From NCBI GenBank assembly GCA_046540025.1, contig JBKHFW010000010.1, positions 2,845-66,844 of the forward strand: a stretch of 64,000 nt of DNA, given 5' to 3'. Below the pieces are notes generated by a model, which worked only from the letters and a program-made list of their open reading frames with translations, was not told where the DNA came from and did not search any database. Of the stretch, positions 24,506-32,359 are shown piece by piece (the first letter of the stretch is position 1; every line of letters begins with the position of its first letter). The DNA comes from Phycisphaeraceae bacterium (GTDB lineage Bacteria; Planctomycetota; Phycisphaerae; Phycisphaerales; Phycisphaeraceae). The position numbers and the translations under genes are program-made.

Positions 24506-26545
24506 ATGTGCCGGATGTTCATGTCGATCGCACTTCTCCTTGCGGCCGGGCTCACCGGCTCTGCCCTGGCAAACCCGACGGCGGACGATCCGCGCGACTG
24601 GTCGGACGCGGTGCAGACGCCGATTCCCATCCCCGACGGCGAGGCGGACTGGCACTTCGGCGACCCGCCTTTCGCGGGGCTTCCTCGCGGGGAGCAGGTG
24701 CTGGCGGGCATCCGCTGGCAGGTACCTGAAAGTTCGCACGGGATGATCATCCTCGGCCGGGGGGCGGACGAGGTCGTCCGCGATATTCCGGTCGGCCGCA
24801 AGGCGGACACGCTCGCGTTTCTTCACACGGCCGCGCCGGGGCAGGGGGTGCTGGACTGGTTCGAGCGCGAGCAGCAGGCGATCGCGGACCGGAAGCTGCC
24901 CGAGCCGGGGCCGACGATGCTGACCTACGTGGTCCGCTACGAGGACGGCAGCCGGGTGGAGATCCCGGTGCGCTGGAACGAGGGCATTCAGCGGGGCATG
25001 CGCGTCACCTGGCGGCCGCTGGAGGGTTTTCTGCGTCCGCTGGCGTGGGCGGACATCGCCTGGGAGGCGGTGCCCGACACGCCGGGCGCGCGGCACATGG
25101 TCGTCTACGCCATGCACTGGCCCAATCCCTACCCCGACAAGGCGATCGAGTCGCTCGACGTCGTCGCCAGCCCCAATCATGACGATTTCGCGGTCGTGCT
25201 CGGCGTCACCGCGATCGAAAGGCCCAGCCGGGGCGACGCCTGGTTCGTCTCACCCGAGGGCAGCGACGACAACCCCGGCACGTTCGACGCGCCCTGGAAA
25301 TCGCCCGCCAAGGCCGCGGCGAAGCTCCAGCCGGGCGACGTGCTCTACTTCCGGGGCGGCACGTATCGTCCGACCGAAGTCATTCAGCCCGTCCGCTCGG
25401 GTGAGCCGGGGGCGTGGATCTCGCTGGTCGGCTGGCCGGGCGAGACGCCGATCATCAACGGCCGGGCCGTGCCCATCGGCGACGTCATCCGCACGGGCGT
25501 CGTCCACTCCGAGGGCAACAGCTACATCCGCTTCAAGAACCTCACCGTGACGACCTCGCCCTGCGAAGGCATCGCCAGCAAGAGCGCAGCCCATCACCTC
25601 GACTTCCTCTACAACACCGTCTACTACACCGCCAACTCCGGCATCGGGGCGTGGCGCGGCGAAGACCCGCCCGAAAGCACCCACCACGTCCGCGCCATCG
25701 GCAACCAGCTCTATTCCACCTGCGCCCGGGCCGCCAACCAGGAACTGCTCGGCCGCGACAAGCGCGGCGGAGACGAGTGCCTCGACGCAGGCGGCATCAG
25801 CGACTTCGAATACGCCTACAACCTCATCGCCTACGGCGACAAGGAGTCGATCGACTGCAAGGGACCCGTCCGCCGCGGACGCATCCACCACAACTACGTC
25901 CACCACACCGGCAGCATCTACATGGACTCGTGGAACCACGACATGTTCGATCTCGAGATCGACCACAACGTCAACCACGACTCCTACGGCGGGTTCAAGC
26001 TCTCCACCGAAGGCGGCTCGGGCGGGCGCCGCATCCGCTTCCACCACAACCTGGCGTACGACAACCTCGCCCACGGCCTGACCATCACCGACTTCGGCGA
26101 AACCCGCGGCCGGGCGCTCAAGGAGAACCTCCACATCACCAACAACACCTTCGCCAATAACGGCGGATACGGCATCTTCATCGAAGGCATGCAGACGTTC
26201 GACACGGTGGTGCGGAACAATATCGCCGTGGGGAACAAGCTGTTTCAGATCGGCGTCGCCGGGCAGGACCTCGCCGAGCAGCACATCGAGATCGACCACA
26301 ACCTCATTTCCAGTATGGAGATAACCGGCGACATCGACAGCGCCCGCGTCGTCCGCGGCGAGGGTTCGATCCTCGGCGAAGCGATGTTCAAGGCCCCGGA
26401 AGCAGGCGATTTCCGCCTCCAGCCCGACTCGCCCGCCGTCGACGCCGGTCACCCGGCCGAGCGGTACGCGGACCCCGACGGCTCGCGCAACGACATCGGC
26501 GCCTATTGGCACGGGCCGAGGCCGCTTCGGCGCGAGGTGGACTGA
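24506..26545 (+). CDS. secreted right-handed beta-helix (pectate-lyase-fold) protein with an unknown N-terminal domain
   Basis: AAGGAG lies 7 nt upstream of ATG 24506. The signal peptide is MCRMFMSIALLLAAGLTGSALA. Beta-helix repeats are present (NNTFANNGGYGIFIEG, VRNNIAVGN, HHNLAYDN). DAWFVSPEGSDDNPGT resembles a DUF1565-like start. Confidence 0.7.
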   Translation: MCRMFMSIALLLAAGLTGSALANPTADDPRDWSDAVQTPIPIPDGEADWHFGDPPFAGLPRGEQVLAGIRWQVPESSHGMIILGRGADEVVRDIPVGRKADTLAFLHTAAPGQGVLDWFEREQQAIADRKLPEPGPTMLTYVVRYEDGSRVEIPVRWNEGIQRGMRVTWRPLEGFLRPLAWADIAWEAVPDTPGARHMVVYAMHWPNPYPDKAIESLDVVASPNHDDFAVVLGVTAIERPSRGDAWFVSPEGSDDNPGTFDAPWKSPAKAAAKLQPGDVLYFRGGTYRPTEVIQPVRSGEPGAWISLVGWPGETPIINGRAVPIGDVIRTGVVHSEGNSYIRFKNLTVTTSPCEGIASKSAAHHLDFLYNTVYYTANSGIGAWRGEDPPESTHHVRAIGNQLYSTCARAANQELLGRDKRGGDECLDAGGISDFEYAYNLIAYGDKESIDCKGPVRRGRIHHNYVHHTGSIYMDSWNHDMFDLEIDHNVNHDSYGGFKLSTEGGSGGRRIRFHHNLAYDNLAHGLTITDFGETRGRALKENLHITNNTFANNGGYGIFIEGMQTFDTVVRNNIAVGNKLFQIGVAGQDLAEQHIEIDHNLISSMEITGDIDSARVVRGEGSILGEAMFKAPEAGDFRLQPDSPAVDAGHPAERYADPDGSRNDIGAYWHGPRPLRREVD

Positions 26546-26720
26546 GTGGCGGACGGGACCGGGCAAGGGTGCCGGGGTGCTCGGATCATGCATGAGTCGC
26601 CGATATCGGCCGCGGGCAGGACGGCGGCGGGGGCGGCTCGGGCGCACCGATCGCCACGGAAAACGCGGTTATGGGACGCTGTGCGGCGGGTTTCGCGGCG
26701 GCTGCGAAAAGAAAATGAAA

Positions 26721-26794
<74 letters not shown>

Positions 26795-27000
26795 TCGCTG
26801 CTTGCTGAATCGCATTTTAGCAGGCTCCGCCCATTCGTGCGCGTCGGTACGGCCGGTTTTCCTTGCCTCGCGAACACAGCCCGTCTGTTCGCCCCAGCAC
26901 CACCAGCCGCCCCAGCAGGCATAACCGACTCAAGTGGCCCCGTTCAACCGACGATGAGAGCCAATGGTCTGGAGAAATTCCGGGCCAGGGAGCAGAAGCG

Positions 27001-27663
27001 ATGGGCCAGAGCCCGACCACAATTCGTCCACTTCGCGGCGGTGGGGACCCCGCAGGCCGCGACCCGCGTCAGGTCTCGATCGGCTTTCGGCTGGCCAAGC
27101 GCAGCCTGGACCTTGCCGGCGCTCTCGCCGGCCTCGTCCTGGCGGGCCCGGTCATGCTGGCGTGTGCGGTGTGGATCAGGTGCGTCGACGGCGGGCCGGT
27201 GTTCTACCGCCAGTGGCGGGTGGGGCATCGCGGCTGGCTGTTCCGCCTGTACAAGTTTCGCACGATGAGCCTCGACGCCGAGCGGCACGGGGCGCAGTTC
27301 GCTCAGAAGGGCGATCCGCGCATCGTGCCGGGGTGTCGATGGATGAGAAAGAGTCACCTCGACGAGCTGCCGCAGCTGTTCAACGTGCTGCTGGGGCAGA
27401 TGAGTCTGGTGGGTCCCCGGCCGGAGCGGCCGGAGATATTTGAACGGTTCCGCGAGCGGCTTCCGAGCATGGAGCGCCGTCTTGCAGGCCGGCCCGGGCT
27501 GACGGGTCTGGCGCAGGTGAGTTGCGGTTACAGCAACGATCTCGCCGGCATCCGCCGCAAGCTCGCCGCCGACCTGCGATACCTGCGTCAGCCCAGCGTG
27601 CTGGGCGACCTGCGCCTGCTCGGCCTGACTCTGCCGCGTCTCTGGGACCATTCTGCCTGCTGA
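27001..27663 (+). CDS. undecaprenyl-phosphate sugar phosphotransferase (bacterial sugar transferase family, small type)
   Basis: One TM segment is followed by GGPVFYRQWRVG, YKFRTM, DELPQLFNVLLGQMSLVGPRP and GLTGLAQV. The track ORF starts at a TTG at 26863; ATG 27001 is preferred. Confidence 0.85.
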   Translation: MGQSPTTIRPLRGGGDPAGRDPRQVSIGFRLAKRSLDLAGALAGLVLAGPVMLACAVWIRCVDGGPVFYRQWRVGHRGWLFRLYKFRTMSLDAERHGAQFAQKGDPRIVPGCRWMRKSHLDELPQLFNVLLGQMSLVGPRPERPEIFERFRERLPSMERRLAGRPGLTGLAQVSCGYSNDLAGIRRKLAADLRYLRQPSVLGDLRLLGLTLPRLWDHSAC

Positions 27664-27675
27664 GGAGCGACTGGC

Positions 27676-28470
27676 ATGTCCACCAATACCCAGTCCGGAT
27701 CCGCCGCGACCGCTGCCGTCGGCTGCTGCCTGGCGACGCTGCTGGCGCTGGCGGGCCTCGTGCTCGTCGGCTGTGCCGGGCAGCCGCACTACGGTGACCT
27801 CGACGCCTTCGTCCGCGAGCCGCGGCCGATCGTGACGGCGACGGAGTATCGCCTGGCGCCGCCCGACGTGATCCGCTTCCGCTCGCGGGAGGTGGGGGAG
27901 GTCGACGGCCACACCGAGATCGTCCGTCCCGACGGCTACGTGACCCTGCCGCTGCTGGGCAGCGTCTTCGTGGCCGGCCGCACCTGCGAGGAGGTCGCTG
28001 ACGAACTCGAGGGGCTCGCGCAGGAGTACTACGAGCACGCGACGGTCAGCGTGCACGTCGCCCGCTATGCGAGCAAGAAGATCTACGTGTTCGGCGAGGT
28101 CGCCATGGCCGGGGCTTATCCCTACGACGGGGCGAACACCGTCCTGGAAACCCTCGCCAACGCGCAGCCGACGCGGCTGGCGAATCCGGCGGCGATCCAC
28201 GTGCTTCGGCCCGGCCAGGAGGGCGAGGAGCCGGCCCGGCTGACGATCGACCTGGACAAAATGATCCAGCGCGGCGAAACGGACCTCGACGTCGTCCTTG
28301 AGGAAGGGGACATCGTCTTCGTGCCGCCCAACGGCCTGGCCTCGGTCGGGCTGGCGCTCAACCAGCTCCTGCTTCCCATTCAGCCGGCCACCCGCGTCGT
28401 GCACGGCCCCGGCGACATCGAGTCCGACGTCGCCGGCACCCGCTACGGGCGATCGGGAGATTACCGCTAG
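27676..28470 (+). CDS. polysaccharide export lipoprotein (Wza/Poly_export plus SLBB-like)
   Basis: A lipobox is present (LVLVGC). Further blocks are YRLAPPDVIRF, PDGYVTLPLLGSVFVAGRT and IYVFGEV. GAGGAG is the SD. Confidence 0.8.
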   Translation: MSTNTQSGSAATAAVGCCLATLLALAGLVLVGCAGQPHYGDLDAFVREPRPIVTATEYRLAPPDVIRFRSREVGEVDGHTEIVRPDGYVTLPLLGSVFVAGRTCEEVADELEGLAQEYYEHATVSVHVARYASKKIYVFGEVAMAGAYPYDGANTVLETLANAQPTRLANPAAIHVLRPGQEGEEPARLTIDLDKMIQRGETDLDVVLEEGDIVFVPPNGLASVGLALNQLLLPIQPATRVVHGPGDIESDVAGTRYGRSGDYR

Positions 28471-28492
28471 CTCATAGCTGCGAGTCCATATC

Positions 28493-30190
28493 ATGAACCG
28501 GTCCACTGATTCCACCAAGACACTCGCCGACCTGTGGCAGCTTCTGCTGCACCACCGCTGGCGGTTCATCATGCCCGCCTTCCTGGCGGTCGCGTGCGTG
28601 CTCACCGCCGGCTACGTGCTGCCCCGGCGCTACCAGGCGCAGGCCATCCTCGAGCGGCGCACCGACATGGTGCTCACCGAGATCACCCATCGCGGGGCGA
28701 CCCAGTCCTTCCAGGACCCCCGCGGCGCGATCGTCGAGGAGCTCACCAGCGACCCCGCCATCGCGGCGGCGGTGGAGGAGATCCGCCCGGACCTCATCCA
28801 GCTCGGCCTGCTGCCCGACCGGATCGACCCGGACCAGCTCCGCGCGGAGCTGTCCCGGGGCCTGATCGTGCACTGGGACATCGCCAGCCGCGAGTTCGAC
28901 CGTCTGCGCCTCGAGTACGTGGGCACGAACCCGAAGGTCGCGTCTCTCGCTGTCAACGCCCTGGTCCAGCAGTACATCGACCGCACCCGCTCGGCGATGG
29001 ACCGCCGGCTCGCCGAGTCGGCCAGTTTCTTTGAAAGCGAGGTCGAGAGCTGGCGCAGCCGCATCGCGAAGATCGAGGGCGAGTTGCTCCAGTTCGAGGT
29101 CGCCCACGCCGAGCTTCTGCCGGACAACCCGGCCAACGTGCAGCTTCGGCTCGCCGAGGCGGAAAACCGCCTGACCGAGCTCCGGGCCGAGCGCGACGCG
29201 ATGACCATGCGCGCCGAGGCGCTGCGCGAGCGGCTGAAGGAGACCCCGGAGTCGACCCCGACGCTGGTGCGCGGGCGGAATCCGCGCATCGACGAGCTCG
29301 AGCAGCGTCAGCGAGCGCTCGAGGGCGAGCTTCGCGAGCTCGTCAGCGTGCAGAAGATGACGCGGAAGCACCCGGACGTTCAGGCGGTGCGCAAGCAGAT
29401 CGAGCAGGTCCAGGCCGAGCTCGAGCAGACGGATGAGCAGGTCGTCACGCAGACGCATCTGAGCGAGAATCCCCGCCGGGCGAGCCTGGAGCTGAGTTTG
29501 ACCGAGATCGACACGGACCAGCAGGGCCTGGCCCGTCAGGCGGCGTCGCTGGAGGCGCAGGTCGAGCAGCTTCGCACGGAGGCGGAGCGGATGTTCCCGG
29601 TGCGCAGCCGGTATCAGCGGCTTCGCCGGGAGATGGACGACGCGCACCGCCAGCTCGCTTTCTGGGAAGAGAATCTTCGCCGGGTGCAGCTTGCGCGGAC
29701 GGCCGAGGCGGGCAACCGCGGCATCCAGATGAGCTTCATTCAGCGGGCGACGCCCGCGAAGCAGCCGGTGTCGCCGGACCTCGCCCAGCTTCTGGCGGCG
29801 GCGCTTTTGGTGGGTGGTGCGGCGGGCACGCTGGGGATCTTTTTCGCCCAGCGCGGCGACCAGTCCTTCCACCGCGGCGAGGACGTGGCCGAGATGGCCA
29901 ACCTGCCGCTGCTGGGCACGGTCAGCGAACTGGTGACGCACCGCTACCGCCTGCTGCGGAAGCTGCGTCACGCCACGTTCTACCCTGCCGGGGCGCTCGT
30001 GATGGGCAGCATCATCCTGCTGCTGCTGGGCGGGCTCTACCTCGACCTGCGTCGTCCCGACGCGATGGGGCGGGTCGGCAGCGAGGTCTCGGCCGTGCTG
30101 AAGGGGGGCAAGTCGCCCGTGGCGGCGCTGGCGAGCCTCGACCTCACCGGCAACGAGCCGAGCGATCACGAGCAGAAGGAGCCGTTCTGA
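28493..30190 (+). CDS. polysaccharide chain-length determinant (Wzz/GumC-like, EpsF-like)
   Basis: It has an N-terminal TM, a long coiled-coil periplasmic region and a C-terminal TM. It lies immediately upstream of the BY-kinase. Confidence 0.75.
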   Translation: MNRSTDSTKTLADLWQLLLHHRWRFIMPAFLAVACVLTAGYVLPRRYQAQAILERRTDMVLTEITHRGATQSFQDPRGAIVEELTSDPAIAAAVEEIRPDLIQLGLLPDRIDPDQLRAELSRGLIVHWDIASREFDRLRLEYVGTNPKVASLAVNALVQQYIDRTRSAMDRRLAESASFFESEVESWRSRIAKIEGELLQFEVAHAELLPDNPANVQLRLAEAENRLTELRAERDAMTMRAEALRERLKETPESTPTLVRGRNPRIDELEQRQRALEGELRELVSVQKMTRKHPDVQAVRKQIEQVQAELEQTDEQVVTQTHLSENPRRASLELSLTEIDTDQQGLARQAASLEAQVEQLRTEAERMFPVRSRYQRLRREMDDAHRQLAFWEENLRRVQLARTAEAGNRGIQMSFIQRATPAKQPVSPDLAQLLAAALLVGGAAGTLGIFFAQRGDQSFHRGEDVAEMANLPLLGTVSELVTHRYRLLRKLRHATFYPAGALVMGSIILLLLGGLYLDLRRPDAMGRVGSEVSAVLKGGKSPVAALASLDLTGNEPSDHEQKEPF

Positions 30191-30972
30191 TGAAGCTGTT
30201 CCGACCCGATCAGTCCGCCGCCGGACCGGTCGCCGATGCGCAGCCGCCGGCCCGGCCGGAGGTGGATGACCGCATTGTCATGCTGTGCGACCCCGGCTGC
30301 CTCGCGGCCGAGGAATACCGGGCGATCCGCACCACGCTGCTCGCTCGCGCCAGTCAGAGCCGGCACCTCGTGCACACGCTCACCAGCGCCACGCCGCAGG
30401 AGGGCAAGACGATCACCAGCCTCAACCTCGGCTTCAGCCTCGCCGAGCTGCGCAACCGCCGCACGCTGGTGATCGAGGCCGACCTTCGGCTGCCGACGTT
30501 CGACGCGCTGCTCCAGTTCGACGAAGGCCCGGGTCTGGTCCAGGTGCTCCGCAAGGAAGCGCATCTGCGCGACGCGGTGCGGCAGGTCGGCCCGAGCGGG
30601 CTGAGCGTGCTCGCCGCGGGCGGCCGCGCCGGCGACCAGGCCGTGCAGCTTCTCTCGGGGCAGCGGATGGCCCGGCTGGTTCGGGCGCTGCGCAAGCGCT
30701 TCGACCACGTCATCATCGACACGCCCCCGGTGCTCGAGCTGGCTGACGCCGGCATTCTCGGCGCGATCAGTGACGAGGTGCTGCTCGCGGTGCGGATGAA
30801 CCGCACGCCCCGGCCGCTGGTCGAGCAGGCGGTGCGGACGCTGCACGCCTACCAGGTCGAGCTTGGCGGGGTCATCGCGACCGACCACGAGCCGCTGGGG
30901 CACCGCTACGACTACCGCTACGGGTATCGCTATCGCTACCGCTATCACCCTGACCGCCGGCGTGCGGGCTGA
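30190..30972 (+). CDS. BY-kinase (CpsD/CapB/EpsG-like tyrosine autokinase)
   Basis: Its ATG overlaps the upstream TGA (TGATG). Walker A is TSATPQEGKT. The C-terminal tyrosine cluster is YDYRYGYRYRYRYH (30904-30948). Confidence 0.85.
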   Translation: MKLFRPDQSAAGPVADAQPPARPEVDDRIVMLCDPGCLAAEEYRAIRTTLLARASQSRHLVHTLTSATPQEGKTITSLNLGFSLAELRNRRTLVIEADLRLPTFDALLQFDEGPGLVQVLRKEAHLRDAVRQVGPSGLSVLAAGGRAGDQAVQLLSGQRMARLVRALRKRFDHVIIDTPPVLELADAGILGAISDEVLLAVRMNRTPRPLVEQAVRTLHAYQVELGGVIATDHEPLGHRYDYRYGYRYRYRYHPDRRRAG

Positions 30973-31020
30973 GGCCCGTTCCCGGGGGCGCTGCCGGCCT
31001 GCTGTGGAAAGTAGTTTTTC

Positions 31021-31566
31021 ATGTCCGAAACCATTGCCAGCCCGTCTTTCGATGTCCCCGCACTGCTGCTGATCAGCCGCTGCCTGCCGGACCGCCGGGG
31101 CGACGGCGCCAGCCGTCGGGCGTGGGATCTGCTGGTGACCGCCAGCGAGTCGCACCGCGTCTGGCTTGTCGCCGCCGCGGATCGGCCGATCCATCTCGGC
31201 CAGTGGAAGAGTCTCGCCGCGCATGCCGAGCGTCTGGAGCTTGCGCCGGGCGGTCCCGGCTTCCGGCGGCGGGCGCGCCTCGCGGGGACGATCGCCGCCT
31301 GGCAGGGGATGACCGACTTCCACACCACGCTGGCGACCAGTCTCGAGACGGCCATGCTGGCCGGGCGGGTCGGGGCGGAGCTTCGCCTGCTCGACCTCGG
31401 CGAGTCGTCGAGCCTGTCGGGGCACGCTGCGATGCGCCGCCGGTGGTGGTTCTGGCCCGTGGGCTCGGCCCGGCGGACGCTGGCGGCCTGCGACGCCGTG
31501 CTCACCGGCCCCGCGCCGGCCCTGGGTGACCTGCTCCGCCGCCGGGACCTGCCCGCCGCTGCGTAA
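31021..31566 (+). CDS. hypothetical protein resembling only the N-terminal half of PEP-CTERM/EpsH1-associated GT4-type sugar transferases
   Basis: LLLISRCLPDRRGDGASRRAWDLLVTASESHRVWLVAAADRP matches, from memory, the pattern L.L..R.P.....GD..R....L.....H.V.L. The product is 181 aa and has no C-terminal GT domain. Confidence 0.35.
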   Translation: MSETIASPSFDVPALLLISRCLPDRRGDGASRRAWDLLVTASESHRVWLVAAADRPIHLGQWKSLAAHAERLELAPGGPGFRRRARLAGTIAAWQGMTDFHTTLATSLETAMLAGRVGAELRLLDLGESSSLSGHAAMRRRWWFWPVGSARRTLAACDAVLTGPAPALGDLLRRRDLPAAA

Positions 31567-31596
31567 CGGGTCCGAAATATCGCATCCAATCCGCCA

Positions 31597-31624
31597 GCCC
31601 GGGCCCGCGCGGCCCGGGTTTTTC
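31597..31624 (+). terminator. intrinsic terminator at the end of the EPS block
   Basis: The sequence is GCCCGGGCC-CGCGC-GGCCCGGG followed by TTTTT. Confidence 0.75.
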
Positions 31625-31722
31625 GCGCGCGGGGGCGGCGAGCTTCGCCCCCGGCGTCCTGCGGGATTCCCCGATGCCCGATTCAGGCCGGTGCTGCGGT
31701 GTCTGTCCGGGCGCGGCCGTTA

Positions 31723-31752
31723 GAATCGTTCGTACACGAAGGAAAGTCGTGT
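31723..31752 (+). promoter_or_regulatory. TAGAAT -10 candidate plus inverted repeat ACACGA-N7-TCGTGT overlapping the marR SD
   Basis: The region reads TAGAATCGTTCGTACACGAAGGAAAGTCGTGTC-ATG. The IR arms lie at 31734-31739 and 31747-31752. Confidence 0.3.
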
Positions 31753-31753
31753 C

Positions 31754-32251
31754 ATGGATGATCGCCCCGAAGATGGTGCTGCCGAGCCGCGGGCGGAGCA
31801 GGTGCTCGCCGCCCTGAGGCGGATCATGCGCGAGGCCGAGGTGCACTCGCGTCAGATGGTGCAGCAGTGCGGGCTGAGCGGTCCGCAACTGCTCGTGCTT
31901 CGCGAGCTGGACCGGGCGGGGGGGCTCGGCGCGGGGGATCTCGCCGCGTCGATCAGCGTCAGCCAGGCGACGATCAGCGGCATTCTCGACCGCCTGGAAC
32001 GCCGGGGGCTCGTTCGGCGTCGGCGAAGCGAGGCGGACCGTCGGCGGGTCGTGGTGCAGCCCACCCCCCGCGGCCGATCGCTGCTGGACGAGGCGCCGCC
32101 GGCGATGAGCGACGCCTTCGCCGAGCGCTTCAGCGAACTCGCCGACTGGGAGCAGCACCTGATTCTCGCCTCCCTCGAGCGCCTCGCCGCCATGATGCAG
32201 ACCGCCGGCGACGCGAGCCGGCGGGGGCCGTCGTCCTTCGACGCCGCGTGA
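31754..32251 (+). CDS. MarR-family transcriptional regulator
   Basis: A winged-helix block is present: GPQLLVLRELDRAG..GAGDLAASISVSQATISGILDRLERRGLVRRRRSEADRRRV. Confidence 0.85.
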   Translation: MDDRPEDGAAEPRAEQVLAALRRIMREAEVHSRQMVQQCGLSGPQLLVLRELDRAGGLGAGDLAASISVSQATISGILDRLERRGLVRRRRSEADRRRVVVQPTPRGRSLLDEAPPAMSDAFAERFSELADWEQHLILASLERLAAMMQTAGDASRRGPSSFDAA

Positions 32252-32359
32252 ACGGACGTTCGATGAGCACCGGACCCAACCACGATGTCGGCCGCCGGCT
32301 CACCCGCTGCCGGGCGGGCCGGGCCGACCGGCAACCCGCGTGAAAGGAAGCAACTGCCC

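Noticed and set aside
26795-27000. The tRNA-Arg flank as an integration site for the EPS block (genomic island).
   Set aside because: I saw no integrase, no direct repeat of the tRNA 3' end and no obvious compositional shift by eye. This cannot be supported without computation.
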